The notes beneath the pieces are model-generated. The model did not search any database and was not told the DNA's origin. It was given only the letters and a program-made list of their open reading frames with translations. A stretch of DNA of 64,000 bases from Ginglymostoma cirratum (lineage: Eukaryota). Positions 13,178-26,071 of this stretch are shown here, piece after piece (the first letter of the stretch is position 1; every line of letters begins with the position of its first letter). The translations under genes and the position numbers were made by a program. Where the stretch lies: contig JAHRHZ010000223.1 in NCBI GenBank assembly GCA_024137785.1, positions 27,026,617 to 27,090,616 on the forward strand. Direction: 5' to 3'.

Positions 13178-13924
13178 CTGTCCGTTGTTCCCTCAGCAGA
13201 CTGTCAAAGTCATTTGGTAGAATGCCTCATTGTCAGAACTTTCCAACAAGCACAAGAGGTTGCTTGGCCAGTGCTGAGAAGGGCACTGCCTGTCAGATCC
13301 TTCGTGTATGCCCGGTCTCTGTGCCTTGCCCTGGAAGCGTGTGCATTGGAAAAGTGACCGTCACACGTCTGCTTCTGGAACATGCTTATAAAAAGAAAAT
13401 CTGGAGAGATGCAGTGGCTTTTGTTGAGGTTCAACCCAAGCAACTCCATGACACAAGACTCTACATGCTGTTCCCAGGATGCGCACCAAGACAAACAATG
13501 GCTGTACCTGGAAGAAAGGCACTCTTTGGTCTGCCTAAAGCTTGTTGGTCTTCTACTGTAAAGAGGCGACTTCAACTGAGTGTTGCAGACTGGTACATTC
13601 CAACGTCTTCAGGATATGTGCTGAGGGACACACTAAAGGTTGGGGCAGCTGTCACCAAGGCACAGTGGGGAAAGACTACCATTTAAGATCTTTCTGTCAA
13701 AGTACAATGAGGGTGCATTCAGTTGTTAGACCCTCTCAGTGCCTCAAAATCTATGTAAATAGTGCACTGCATGAGTAGGTAACACCTTTGGTTTTGCGAC
13801 TGCAGGGAATATCAAATTTCAATGTTTATGCTTTACAAACAAAGATTGTACACAACCACTTTAGTACCTGCGTAGTACACAAAGATATTTTTATGAATAA
13901 AGTATATTTTTCCAATTAAATAAA
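13178..13924 (+). mobile_element. 5'-truncated Tx1-type (L1 clade) LINE with 18-bp TSD
   Basis: Decayed ORF2 C-terminus (ALPVRSF, TV..LLLE.AY.KKIW, KALW, TECCRLVHS, YVLRD.LK.GAA..KAQWGK), AATAAA and an A-rich end. GGTAGTCAWATGGYTATC at 13160-13177 and 13925-13942 (16/18 identical). Confidence 0.75.
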
Positions 13925-14857
13925 GGTAGTCATATGGCTATCAGGGGTCTAATAAACAGTGGTTACAAGGGAGAAATTACATCTTTAATTTAGTCTTTTG
14001 CTACATTACACCCCCTCAACAATAAATAGCAGCCTATTTGAGTACAATTTAAGATGATATAGTTTGTGCAATTTAAACTATCTTTGTTCCAGATAGTGAC
14101 GGTAGCAATATGAAGCAGCCAAACCTTAGGAAAACTGAGATGGAGATCAATAGGCACCTGATGTCGCAGTAACCAAATCACACAGTTTCCACTGGATCTT
14201 TTCTGATGTGTATTTATCTTCCAAAAAGATCCACGCACTGGTTAACTAATCTTTCCAGCCTCCATCAAAATCTCAGAGATTTTGCTGAATTGTGTGTAAT
14301 ATACTTGCAAGTTATTGTTTCCCGCTGGAGTGGAGAGGAGAATTTTTTTTACGACCTCTTAAACGTGCTGTAATAATGTGGATATTTGACGTTGATGCAC
14401 TTGCGATTGGACACTCCTACTTGGTCTTCTGCTGTGAAGAGGTGACTTCAACTGAGTGTTGAAATACCAGTAATGTGGCCAATCCAGCCAGAAATTCCAG
14501 ATATGCAAGCTTAAAATTGCTTCAATGAAAACAGTCATTTCTACAGTATTGCAGGAGGCAGCCAATGATACAAAACTACTTCTTTCTTGATAATTGAATA
14601 TAATATGCCACCTTCCAAAGAACATTATTCATTTTATGATTGGAGATGTTGCTGCGCAACTGACTAAAGGTTCAAGCATGATAGAAGAAAGAAAGAATAA
14701 TTCTAAAGTAATCCAAACTGTCTTTCATCACTTGCAAAAGGAAAATTAAAATAACATCTTTCGAAATGCATAAAGAATGGCTGTCAAAGTCAAAAATATA
14801 ATTTGAGTGACCTTAAAAGACAATGTTGTCGGATATGTTGATGTTACTTATTGTTAC

Positions 14858-14970
14858 CTTCAAGCTCAGGATTGTAGGTCAGAACCTGTGTCAGTGTGTG
14901 GTAGAAGAACTGTTTTAGTGAATCCAGAGAGATGGCACCATGGAACAATGTCACATCAAACATATCCAGC
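14858..14970 (-). CDS. FANCA: FANCA exon 11 (WLDMFDVTLFHGAISLDSLKQFFYHTLTQVLTYNPELE), 113 bp
   Basis: ttcacag acceptor, gtaaca donor. Matches human [20 protein letters not shown]. Confidence 0.96.
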
Positions 14971-15544
14971 CTGTGAAAACAAAAACAGGATCAATAAAAA
15001 TTATTAATAAGTGAGATATTAGCCACAAGCACATTGACTTCAAAGATCATTACCAAAAAGTTGTCCCATGGAAATTAAATTGCAAGACCAGCAATCTGGC
15101 AGCATCTGTGCAGAGAAAACGAACATTTCGAGTTCAGTGACCTTTCCACAGATGCTGCCAGACTGGATTAGTTTCTCTAGCAATTTCTGTTTTTGTTTGC
15201 TTCAGGTCTCCAACAACCTCAGTTCTTATTTTAAGTTTTACTTTAGGCCAATTTCAAATATTGACTCCTACTATATAATTGAAATTTCAAGTAATCTATG
15301 CATTCAACCCAGTACAAAATATGGAATGAACATCTTTATCCACAATGACCTACACTTCTCTCAATTCTAGACACTACACCCTCATCCTTAATCACCAAGG
15401 ATAGCGAATGAACTAACAATTCAATATTGAATGATTGTTACTCCAGTAGGCATGACTTCACGTTTAAATCACATACAAAAGTTAAACACAAGAAAATATT
15501 CCTTTCAAATCAAACTACCCGACTAATGATCATGTAGGAGTGTG

Positions 15545-15750
15545 TACCATTTTGTTGGCTGGATGGCTGGTTTGTGATACAAGGCAATGCCAACAGCATG
15601 GGTTCAATTGCCACACCAGCTGAGGTTACCACGAAGGACTCTTCTTCTCAGCCTCTCCTGAGGCATGCTGACCTTCAGGTTAAACCATCACTGGTAGTGT
15701 CTCTCTAATGAGCGAGCAGCCCTATGGTCTGGTAGGACTACGGCAATTTT
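15545..15750 (+). mobile_element. tRNA-derived SINE, family unassigned
   Basis: B-box-like GGGTTCAATTGCC followed by a body of about 140 bp. Confidence 0.5.
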
Positions 15751-15969
15751 GACAGATGTATGCCTGCTCTTTAATGGGCAATCAAATAAGTTATTCAAAA
15801 ACTGCAAAACAAGATAAACCAATCCAAATCCTAACGTAATCTCAAATTCTACATGTCCTTTTGCTAATGCAGATGCAGACAGGTCACAATGTCTGCATCT
15901 ATGCTATGGCACAGTGCAGAAGATTCGCGAAAGAAACTCAAGGAGCCAAAAACATCCCTCTAGCCCTCA

Positions 15970-16130
15970 AGAAACCAAAAGAACTACGGATGCTGGAAAT
16001 GTGAAGCAAAAACAGAGATTGCTGGATCCTTCTGAAGAAGTGTCACTGGACCTGAAATGTTAACTGTGATTTCTCTCCACAGATGCTGCCAGACCTGCTG
16101 AGATCTTTCAATTTTGATTTTATTTCCACC
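15970..16130. mobile_element. Fold-back PLE-derived element (family P2) with degenerate hammerhead and 8-bp TSD
   Basis: CTGAAGAAGTGTCACTGGACCTGAAATGTTAAC core. AGCCCTCA at 15962-15969 and 16131-16138. Confidence 0.7.
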
Positions 16131-16394
16131 AGCCCTCATGTCCCTTCCATTCTATACACATTTTCCCTGCAGCACCCATGCCATTTCATGTTCCCCATGC
16201 CCCTCTGTTTTGCCTTAAAGAGACAGTGCTAAAACATAACAATACTATAAACTTTGTACTCTAACAGTTATAAGCTTTTCCCATAATAGGAAGCTGACCT
16301 AATTAAGCTTACATTCCTTGGAGTTTACAGGATTGAGAGGTGATCTCATTGAAACATTCAAGATTATGACGGGCTTGGCAGGATAGATGTTGGG

Positions 16395-16790
16395 GGAGGC
16401 AGTAGTCGGGTTGTAACATGACTGGACTAATGACTTGGAACTCAGGTTAATGTTTTTGGGACGTGGGTTTGAATTTCACAATCTGCCATGGTTGGATTTG
16501 ATTTTAATAAAGATCTGGAACTAAAAGCTAATCTAAAAGCTAATCTAAAAGCAACCAATACTGTTGATTGTTGTAAAACCCCATCCTGTTCACGAATGTG
16601 CTTTAGGGAAGAAAATCTGTTGTTCTTATCTGGCCCAGCCTACACGTGACACCAGACCCATAGCATTGGGATTGACTTGTGGCTGTCTCAGCCATTTTCG
16701 AGGGCAATTAATCAGTTCAAGGGCAACTCAGGAATTGGCAACAAATGCCAGAGACACTTGCATACCATAGAAGTTTTTTTTGAAAAAAAA
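16395..16790 (+). mobile_element. tRNA-derived SINE with 3' tail shared with LINE family B, nested in a CR1 fragment (~16290-17050)
   Basis: Head GGGTTTGAATTTC. Tail AAGGGCAACT..GG....GGCAA.AAATGC matches 20114-20145. The CR1 3' region resumes after it. Confidence 0.6.
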
Positions 16791-17282
16791 CAGCTTGTTT
16801 CTTCTGCCTGGAAATCTAGACAAAGGGACACTGTAACAAGGTCAATGGCCAATCATTTGGGACTTGGATGAGGAGAAACTTCTTCACCCAAAGGATTGAG
16901 AAACAACCCCAGATAGTTGTGAATGCTCCATCATTGAATATATTTGAGGCTGACATTGATTTTTGATGTTTCACAGCATCAATTGCTAGGAGGAACAGGT
17001 GAGAAAATGGACTTGAATCTCTAGACCAGTGGATTCAACAGGTCATATCGTCCACTTAAGCTCAGACATTTTTTGTAGCCTTGTTTGCTATTTAGATGAG
17101 GAAAGTTAACTTTTCAATCTCTACTGTATGTTCACTTAGCTGAGGCAAAGCCAAGAAAGTTGGAAAAGAGCAAAACAAGGAAGGAAATTTTAACTTAGAA
17201 ACACCAAGTCGCAGCTTCAAGTTAATTTCTTCCAGCACTAAGTCAAGAACAAATTAGAGAACTTGTAGCCATTTCCACGTAC

Positions 17283-17352
17283 CAGAATAGAGTTGTTTTC
17301 TGTCCAGCTGAGTCTTCCTTTTCCCCTTCATTCCGAACATTGTCCAGTAAGC
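17283..17352 (-). CDS. FANCA: FANCA exon 10 (CLLDNVRNEGEKEDSAGQKTTLFW), 70 bp
   Basis: Long pyrimidine tract plus caag acceptor, gtacgt donor. The split Trp codon joins exon 11 as in human. Confidence 0.85.
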
Positions 17353-17532
17353 CTTGAGGAAGGATAAGGAGGCAGAATCACACTTTCGTAGTAACAACAT
17401 ACAAACATATGAAGTAGGAACAGCAGCAGGTCACACATCCTTCTCGCCTGCTCCACTGTTCAATAATTGATCAAATGAGTCTACATTCATGAATAATCCT
17501 GATGACCTTTCATCAACTTGCTCATGAGGAAT

Positions 17533-17870
17533 GGGCAGTACAATGGCTCAGTGGTTAGCACTGCTGCCTCACAGCACCAGGGACCTGGGTTCGATTCCAC
17601 ACTTGGGCAACTGTCTGTGAGGAGTTTGGACATTCTCCCAGTGTCTGCATGGATTTACTCCAGGTGCTGCAGTTTCCTCCCACAGTCCAAAGATGTGCAG
17701 GCTAGGTGGATTGGCCATGCTAAATTGCCTGTAGTGTCCAGCGTTGTGCAGTCTAGGTGGAAGCCATGGGAAACGCAGAGTTACAGGGATGGGATGGGTC
17801 TGCGTGGGAGGGTCAGAGTGGATTTGAGGGGTTGATTGGCCTGTTTCCACACTGTAGGGAGTCTTCTATA
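17533..17870 (+). mobile_element. HE1-type V-SINE (elasmobranch), near full length
   Basis: tRNA-like head (TGGCTCAGTGG A box, GGTTCGATTCC B box), V-domain (TTTCCTCCCACAGTCCAAAGATGTGCAGG...ATTGGCCATGCTAAATTGCC) and CR1-type tail. Confidence 0.85.
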
Positions 17871-18379
17871 TCAAGAATTTTTCTCCCTTTACCTCACAAA
17901 TATTTAAACGTTCTACATCCACCATATTTTGAGAAAGACAGTTCCAAGAACCCATAACTCTCCGAAATAAGAAGCTCAATAACTGTGTATTAAATGGGCA
18001 ATTTCTTCTTTTCAAAGTAATTCCTAGTTTCAGAAGCTTCTACGTGACAACATCTTTTTCATATGCACCCCATTAAGACATTCCAGAACTTTATATATTT
18101 CAATCAAGTCATTTCTTACCCTTCTAAATACCCCAGCAGAAACAAGCCTAGCCAGTCCAACCTTTTCTCATAGGACAAATTGTCCATTCTAATCACTTAA
18201 TTTTGGCATGACTAGCCTGTTCCATATTTATCTTTCTTTCATTATAATTTTCAAACAAACAATCTAGCTCAATAAATCATTAAAAGAGACAACATTATTT
18301 ACATCAAACATTATGCAGTCATTTAACTGCCATCTCTCAAAATCACAATACCTGCCTATAGAGAATGAACTTTACTTAC

Positions 18380-18413
18380 ATGGAATCATTTTGCCCAACA
18401 CTGTGAAACAGAT
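18380..18413 (-). CDS. FANCA: FANCA exon 9 (ICFTVLGKMIP), 34 bp
   Basis: caaacag acceptor, gtaagt donor. The 34 bp size and phase bridge exons 8 and 10. Resembles human VTVDVLQRMLI. Confidence 0.85.
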
Positions 18414-18789
18414 CTGTTTGTGAGGAGAAAAGTAAGAACATTCAGTAAAGCAGTACAATTTGAAAATGTAATTTTTTCCAAAGATTTGCAGTTTTCCTAC
18501 AGAAGACATTTTTCTTGATCACAATGTTTATCCTGGCTGTTAATAAGTTTCAGTGCAAAATAAAAGTAAATAGGATATTTTTCTTCAGTCATCCCGATAC
18601 AGGGAAGTGCAGGATTAATCAAGATTCGTGCACTATTTCAAGTGTACGAAAATAATTTATTTCTGAAATTAACACTTAAAATATCTACTATGAAAAAGGA
18701 GGGGGAAATGTAGTGATGGTGGTATGTCTGACGGGGTCAGACACAAATGGGGTACCAGATGATTTGGGGCCTGCGAATGTTTTAGCATT

Positions 18790-20450
18790 ATGCCAAGTGT
18801 GAGAGATAGGTTAAATAACGAATGGCCAGACAAACTGACCTCAATGGTGGGCCAATTTACTAGAATCATTATTGACAGGTAGGATTAACTATTCTTTGAA
18901 AAGTTTCCAGTGGTGTATCACAGGGCTGAGTGTGAGGCCCCTTGCAGTTAGAGGTATACTTCAAAAGATTTAAATTTAAATATGAGAGGCACGATGGGGA
19001 GGTTTGCAGACAACACAAAAATTGGCCGTGGATTTGATAGTGAAGAGGATGGCTGTTGATTACTGTGATGGTATCAATGGTTTGGTTGAATCGGCAGAAA
19101 ACTGGCAAATGCAATTCACTCCAGAGAAGCTTATGCATTAAAGGAAGGCAAACAAAGCAAGGAAATGCAAAGGAGAGTACAAGAGAAGTAGGGGAGATGA
19201 GAGATTTTGGAATGCATGTCCACAGGTCCTGGAAGTTGGCAAGATAGGTAGACAGGCGTAAAGAAGACATATGCAATGATTCCTTCGCTAGATGCGATAC
19301 TGAATACAGAAGGACATATGTAATACTGCAGCTAAACAAAACACAGATAGGCACAGCTGGAGTTGTGTACACAGTTCCAGTCACCACTTTACAGGAAGAG
19401 TATATTGTTCTGGAGAGACTACAGCTGAAATTTATGACAATGTTTCCAGAGTTTGATAATTGCAATTATGAGGAAATATTGAATAGACCACAGTTAATTT
19501 CCTTATTACAGATGAGGCTTAATTGAGGTATATGAAATAGTGAGGGACTCGGATGGAGTAGACAGGATTTCTCAGAGAGGACAGGTCAATTACAAGGGGA
19601 ATTAAGGGCTATGAGACAGGTCAGAGTTTAGGCATCTTGCAGTGTGTAGCTCATCTCCCGATTCCCAAAAGCCTGTCCACCATTTATAAGGCACAGGTCA
19701 GGAATGTGTTGAAATACTCCCTTCTTGCCTGGACAGGTGCAACTCCAACAACAGTCAAGAAGCTTGACACCATCCAGGACAAGGGAATTGGTATCACATT
19801 CACAAATATTCACTCCCCCAGCAACAGCGGGACGTACTATCTGCAATGGGTGCTGCAGATATTTGCCAAGGCTCTCAGACAGCACCTTCCAAACCCACGG
19901 CCACTACCATCAAGAAGGACAAGAGCAGCAGATACATGGGAACATCATTGCCTCCAAGTTCCCCTCCAAGCCACTGACCGTTCTGACTGGAAAAATATTG
20001 CTCTTCCCTCTGTCACTGGGTCAAAATCCTGGAGCTCCCTCCCTAACAGCATTGCGGGTCTACCCACTGCACATGGACTGAAGCAGTTCAGGGTAGCAGC
20101 TCACCACCACCTTAAGGGCAACTAAGGAGGGGCAATAAATGCTGGCAGGTTCAATCAGCGAGATCGAACGTCAAATGAATTAGTTTTTAAAGAACATTTA
20201 TGGTAATTGGTGAAAGAGTTAAAGGCGATATGAGGAAAGGCCTTTTCACACAGAGGGTCGTGGATGTCTGGAATTCACTGCCCAGCTCGTTGGTCAAGGC
20301 AGAAACTCTCAACTTGTTTACACAGAACCTGGATCTGCACTTGAAGAGCAGTAACCTAGAGTATGGAAAACGGGATCTGAATGGGCAACTAGCTTATTCA
20401 AACCAAAGGGGAGTAGCCCGTTTCTGTGCCATAACTTTTCTATAGTTGTA
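18790..20450 (+). mobile_element. Decayed CR1 RT/3' region interrupted by a LINE family B copy (~19610-20150)
   Basis: SGVSQG..GP, FADNTKIG, then MRKGLFTQRVVDVWNSLP after the insert. The insert reads STIYKAQVRNVLKYSLLAW...KKLDTIQDK...AAHHHLKG. Confidence 0.75.
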
Positions 20451-21364
20451 TGAGCCAGGTCCCAGAATGGGTGGGGATCCGACGGGGTCAGTAAGTAGGG
20501 AATCAGTTTAACAGTTACTCAGGAGTTACTGTTGGTTTTCAATTCACTAACTTTGCCTGGGTAACTATTAAGTCCAAGTAAAATTGAACCCTCCGCTTTC
20601 TGACTTCAAGGAGCTCTCTTGGAAGAATCCAGAGGAGGAAAATTGCCCATTGAGTTATTTAAATTTTCAGGCAGTCCCTTAGAATCAACTGCATCAACAT
20701 TTCCTCTTAGTCCCAATGCACAGCTCTAGTCTGTACTGCTGTAAAGAATATTTCACTCTTAAAATACCTGGGCCACAATGTCTAAGGATCCACAGCATCC
20801 TGTGCTACAGAATTCTGAAGACTCACAATTCTTCAAGTGAAGGTATTCCTCATCTCAGTCCTAAATTGCTGGGTCTTCATTCCAACTTGTAAACAACTCT
20901 TATGTTTAATTTAAACTGAACAAATGTAATGGTAGTGTTACTCAGAACATGGAACATGTGAATTTTGGGGAAAAAAATGATTGAATCAGCCCTTCTGTTT
21001 GCCCTTCTGCAATATCACTCTTACAGTGAACATAGCATGTGATTTAAATTGCTCAATCTGTCTACTGCACAGCTTCAAAAAGGGAAGAAAGGGGCATTAC
21101 AGAGTATTTCATACATTGATACACTCTTCACCTTTGATGTTCAGAACACTGGATAAATTATACAGTAGCTTGTTCCACAATATCCTCATGCAGAATTAGA
21201 CAGCAAAGACTTTCAGAGATTTCTAGGGTTTATTGTAAATGCATTGTTTAACATGAATATTGGTTTTCACCTGACACTTCTGGATCCTTTCCCTCTCCAG
21301 AAGCCAATACCCAACGGGGGAAGAACCCTGCACTTAAATTAAAATTAATATCCAATTTAATAAA

Positions 21365-21900
21365 TCAGCCAATTAACAAATAACAAACATGCCCACCAGG
21401 GAAAGTAACAAGAACTAAAACAAAGCAAAAATAAAGAGGAAAACATAAACGGGTAAAAATCAAGGGAGACTAAATCAAAATATAGTTGGGGAAATTATAC
21501 AACTAGCCTCCACGGTGCCCATTTACCTCAAACGTCAACAACACCAGTGTATGTTATGTTCTGTCTCCAAGGGCGTCCAGGTACAGACAGAACCACGGAA
21601 AAGAGGCAGGCACTTGAGAATTATTACCGCCGCCCCCTTGCAGCCCACTGCCTGTCCCAGTGATAGCTACTTTAGCAAGACCCAGAGACAACCCCACGAG
21701 CAGGTCCACCACCTGCTGGTCCCCTCTGCACCAAGATGAACTGAATGGGGCTGAAGCACAACAGAGGACATAACACAAGGTTTTCTAAATAAAGGAGAAG
21801 AGGGTGCAACCTCTCACAAGCAACATAGATACATGTACCACAGATTCCATAACACAACAGAATGAAGAGCTGTCTTGGAGCTCATGAATCACCGTAACGG
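21365..21900 (-). mobile_element. Tx1-type LINE 3' fragment, second family
   Basis: Frameshifted FCCVMESVVH..YVACERLHPL..YLENL, FSP, DLLVGLSLGLAKVAI, followed by a T-rich 3' UTR. Confidence 0.65.
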
Positions 21901-22799
21901 TGTAATTTTACGGGACTGTGGCAGGCAGCATCCTCCACCCCGGGTGGAAAGAGGTAGGATCCCTGCACAGAGGGACCTCCACTCAGAACCTCAGCTCTTG
22001 TTACTTTAATAAACCTGTCAGGACATGTTACAACACATCTCCAGGCCAGGTGGGACTTGAACCTGGATCTTCTGGCCCAGAGGTGTAGACACTAAAACTG
22101 GACCCCAAGAGCCCTATTTGTGGAGCCCCCTCCTCGTGGGAGTTGTTTAACTGTCCACCACCTTTCACAATGGGATTAGGCAAGACTGCAGAGTTTAGAT
22201 CTGATCTGCTGGTTGTCCTAATGTTACAGTTTGTCTTATGTGGTCTGCAAGTGGTACAGCCAAACATGCCTGAAAGTTTAACCACTGAAAATTGCGACTG
22301 TTTCATTCGAGGAATGCAAGTGGGACCTCACACACAGATTGAGGACCAAGTTCAAAGGAGCTAAAGGAAGCATAAAGACCTGCCCAGCTTGAAGAATGAT
22401 TAAATGTTATGCCCACTGTGAGAGGTAGTTATGAATCAGAGGTTACCTGACTGGGAAAGAAAGGAGGAGGCGACCATTAGAAATTGTGAATAATTGTGAA
22501 CTGTTGTGATAAAAACTGCAATTCCATGAAGAGGACAATTTTTAACTAAAAAGGACCTTTTAGTTCCATAGATTAAATTCTAAGTCACCTACTAAAGAAA
22601 ATACTGTTTAGCCAGTACTGCGCTTTTATGGCAGAAATTTTTCAAATATGAAATTCTTACAGATGTTAACTGGAAGTCTGAATTTCTCTTTATAAGTTTT
22701 GACCTCTACAGAGATTATAATTTACTCACCTAAAGGTGAATGGAAAGACAAAATTTAACTACACAATCTTCTGAATGTGTGTATTTAAAAAAGATTCAG

Positions 22800-23026
22800 G
22801 AAGGACTTCCACACATAAAGGGCTTGGAACTCTCTTCCACAAATGGCAGTGGATACTATATCAGTTGTTAATTTTAAAACTCAGATAGATAAATTTTCAT
22901 TAAGCAAAGGTACTAAGGGATATGGGCCAAGGGCGGGTGAATGGAGTTAGGCCACAGATCAGCCATGATCTAACTGAATGGGTTGAACAGGCTCAGGGGC
23001 TGAATGGGCTACTCCTGTTCCAATGT
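22800..23026 (+). mobile_element. CR1 3' end
   Basis: TGGAACTCTCTTCCAC...AAGGGATATGGG...GATCAGCCATGATCT...GGGCTGAATGGGCTACTCCTGTTCC. Confidence 0.7.
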
Positions 23027-23230
23027 TTAACTGGAAGGTACTGGTACTGGAAGAATACAGAGCTAATACCATGTTAACAGGGGTACTCTGCACATCTACT
23101 GAATGGAGGTAAAATTCATTCTCCTAATGAGTATAGTCTGTATTTACAAAGTTGCAATTTCAAAAACATTGCAGAACTCTGTTAGTAACTCTGTATCTAG
23201 ATACAGAGATAGCAAATGAATCATCCTTAC

Positions 23231-23313
23231 CTGCAGTAAGTGCTGCACTTTAGGGTTTGATTCCACAAGGTTTGGTTTTTGAAATCCATTTCTGACCAAG
23301 ACAGTCACAATAT
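23231..23313 (-). CDS. FANCA: FANCA exon 8 (DIVTVLVRNGFQKPNLVESNPKVQHLLQ), 83 bp
   Basis: ttttcag acceptor, gtaagg donor. Matches human DFVQMFVLRGFQK. Confidence 0.93.
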
Positions 23314-24224
23314 CTGAAAAGACAAAACAATGTTTATTGACCACAATGGAGAAACCCGCAATGAAAAAAATACACAATCTCGATGAAGATAAAATGTTGC
23401 AGAACAGAAATAAAAAAGCAGAAAGTGCTGGAAACATAAGAGTCCGATGCCTGTAAGAGGAAAACATGTTTGAACCGTGCAGACCTGCTGAGAATTCGTC
23501 ATGTTTATTGTTATTCACATTACTATAATTATCAGTTCTATTCATTGCATTCATGAATCTTACTTGAAAAACACATTAAGATACATTATTATATAAAAAT
23601 AGCAACAGGATCCAACAATCTAAAATTACTGATGACAGTTAGTATCGTAATACAACCCTCATTCACCCGGACACACTAACCAGCACCAATGAAATTTCTG
23701 GGTTCATCCGTCATGAGATCTTTTCTGATGATGGGTGAAGGTGCCTTGTCCAGAAGCCAGGCCAAAATTAGCAAACTCATGAGACAAGGAGAAGAGAATA
23801 GTTTGCGTTAAATTAATTTATTAGCCAACCAACATTACTGGGTCAATGGCCAAGGTATTTCTGAAAAACTGCAGTCGACACAGTACCTAAACATTTACTT
23901 GTGGCTTCGCTTGTCTTGCTAGTGGGAACTTATTCCCAGGTTTTCGGCACAGCACAACTTCCGAAGTTGTACTGCAATATTTGTTTAACATTAATCACTG
24001 AGGGAATCACAAAGGGGTGCAATTTACTGGCTACTGGTCATCTTTTGCCAAGCCTGGGAAGGGACCATATTTTGCTGGATCCATTTGGCAGGTCCAAGGT
24101 GGGCTCTGTCAGTTGGGAGGGAGACGGAGAAGTGGGAGGGAGAAGGAGATTGCAAGAAGAATTGGGTGCTGGGGGGTGGGTGCAGAAATCAAGAAGATTG
24201 CAAGAAGGCATACGCCTTTGGGTA

Positions 24225-24480
24225 ACAAACAAAAAACAGAAATTGCTGGTGAAACTCAGCAGCTCTGGCAGCATCCGTGCAGAGAAAACACAGTTAACAT
24301 TTTGAGTCCTGTAACCGTTCTTCAGAACAATTCTGCTCTTCAGTTCTCAAGGCGGGCCACAGGACTTGAAACTTTAACTGTTTTGTCTCCACGAATGCTA
24401 CCAGTCCTGCTGAATTTCTCCAGCAATTTCTGGTTTTGTTTGTTTCGGATCTCCAGCATCCGCAGTTCTTTGGTTTATTT
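24225..24480. mobile_element. Palindromic PLE-derived element (P2) with two inverted arms
   Basis: Arms of about 100 bp mirror around ~24335. Each arm has a degenerate hammerhead core. Confidence 0.75.
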
Positions 24481-24554
24481 ATTGCTCATGGTAATTCAGT
24501 TGACCGGCTCCATTTTACAATATGGAACTACTTTTCGACTTTGTTCTAAATTGG

Positions 24555-26015
24555 AATAAGAACAGTACAGCACAGGACCAGACCCATCAGCTCAACATAA
24601 CTGTGTCGACACATGATTCCTTTCTAAACTAAACACCTTTTGCCTCTATGCAGTCCATAACCTTCTATTCCCTGCCTATTCATGTGTCTGTCAAGATGCC
24701 TCTTAAACACGGTTACAGTACCCGCCTCCACCACCTCCTCTGGCAGCACATTCCAGGCACTTACCACCCTCTGCGTAGAAGAACTTACCTCTCACATCTC
24801 CTTTAAATTTACCCCCTTTAACCTAGTAATTGACATTTCTGCCCTGAGAAAAAGGGTATCCTTTCTATCCATGTATGTCAAAATTTTGTAAACTTCTACC
24901 AGGTCGCCCCTCATCCTTTAACATTTACGTGAAAACAAACCAAGTTCATCCAATCTCTCCTCATAGCTGATATCCTCCAAACCAGGCATCAGCCTGGTAA
25001 AACGCTTCTGTACCCTTTCCAAAGCCTCCACATCTTTCTTGTAGTATGGTGACTAGAACTGTACACATTATTCAAAATGTGGCCCAGCTATAGTTCTATA
25101 CAGCTGCAACACAACTTGCCAATTTTTACACTCTTATGCCCCGAAGGCATGCCATACATCTTCTTGGCTACCTTGTCCACTTGCGTTGCCACTTTAAGAG
25201 AACTGTGGACCTGAACACCTACATCCCTCTGTATGTTGATGCATCTAAGGGCTCTGCCATTTACTGCATACTTCCCTCTTGCATTAGATCTTCTAAAATG
25301 CATCAACTTGCATTTGTCTGGATTAAACTCCATCTACCATTTCTCTGTCCAAGTCTCCAGCCTCCTGCTGTATCCTCGGATAATCCTTCCCACTATCTGC
25401 AGCTTCCCCCACACTTGGTGTCACCCACAAACTTACTAATCAGGCCACCTTTATTCTCCTCAATATCATTTTTATATATATTACAAACAACAAGGGTCCC
25501 AGCACTGATCCCTACAGAACACCACTGGTCACAGGTCTCCAGTCAGAAAAATACCTTTCCACCTCTACTCTGTCTTCTATGATTAAGCCAGTTCTGTATC
25601 CATCTTAACCAGCTCACCATGGATCCCATGTGGCTTCACCTTTTGCATCAACCTGCCGTTAGGGACTTCGTCAAACGCCTTGCTAACAACGAGACGTCCA
25701 ACCTCAATCATCTTTATCACTTCCCCCCAAAAAAAACTCAATCCAGTTTGAGAGACACTACCCCCCCCCCACACCCCACAAAGCCACGCTGCCTATCGCT
25801 AACAACGCCATATTTTTCCAAATGTGAGTAAATCTTATCCCTAAGAATCTTTTCCAATAATTTCCTTACCACTAATGATTGGCTTACTGGCTTGTAATTT
25901 CCTGGGTTATTCCAGTTGGCCTTCTTAAATAAAGGAACAATGTTGGCTATTGCCCACTCCTCTGGGACCTCTCCTGTAGCTAAAGGGGATACAAAGATTT
26001 TGTACAAGGTCCCCG
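24555..26015 (-). mobile_element. CR1 (HER1-like) ORF2 3' part, decayed
   Basis: TGEVPEEWAIANIVPLFKK..NPGNYKPVS, SKAFDEVP, MEFNPDKC, RDVGVQVHSSLKV. Confidence 0.85.
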
Positions 26016-26071
26016 GTTGAGGGTTTTGTGTTATACTGTATGTTTTCATATTTCAAAATCAATCTTTTTAC

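Noticed and set aside
17533-17610. tRNA gene
   Set aside because: The A/B boxes belong to the HE1 SINE head. The same applies to the units at 44924-45600.
18869-19465. 198-aa minus-strand ORF
   Set aside because: It is antisense to a decayed CR1 and has no recognisable domain or splice context.
23901-24559. Overlapping 134 and 180 aa ORFs
   Set aside because: They run through a purine-rich tract and the P2 palindrome, so they are chance open frames.
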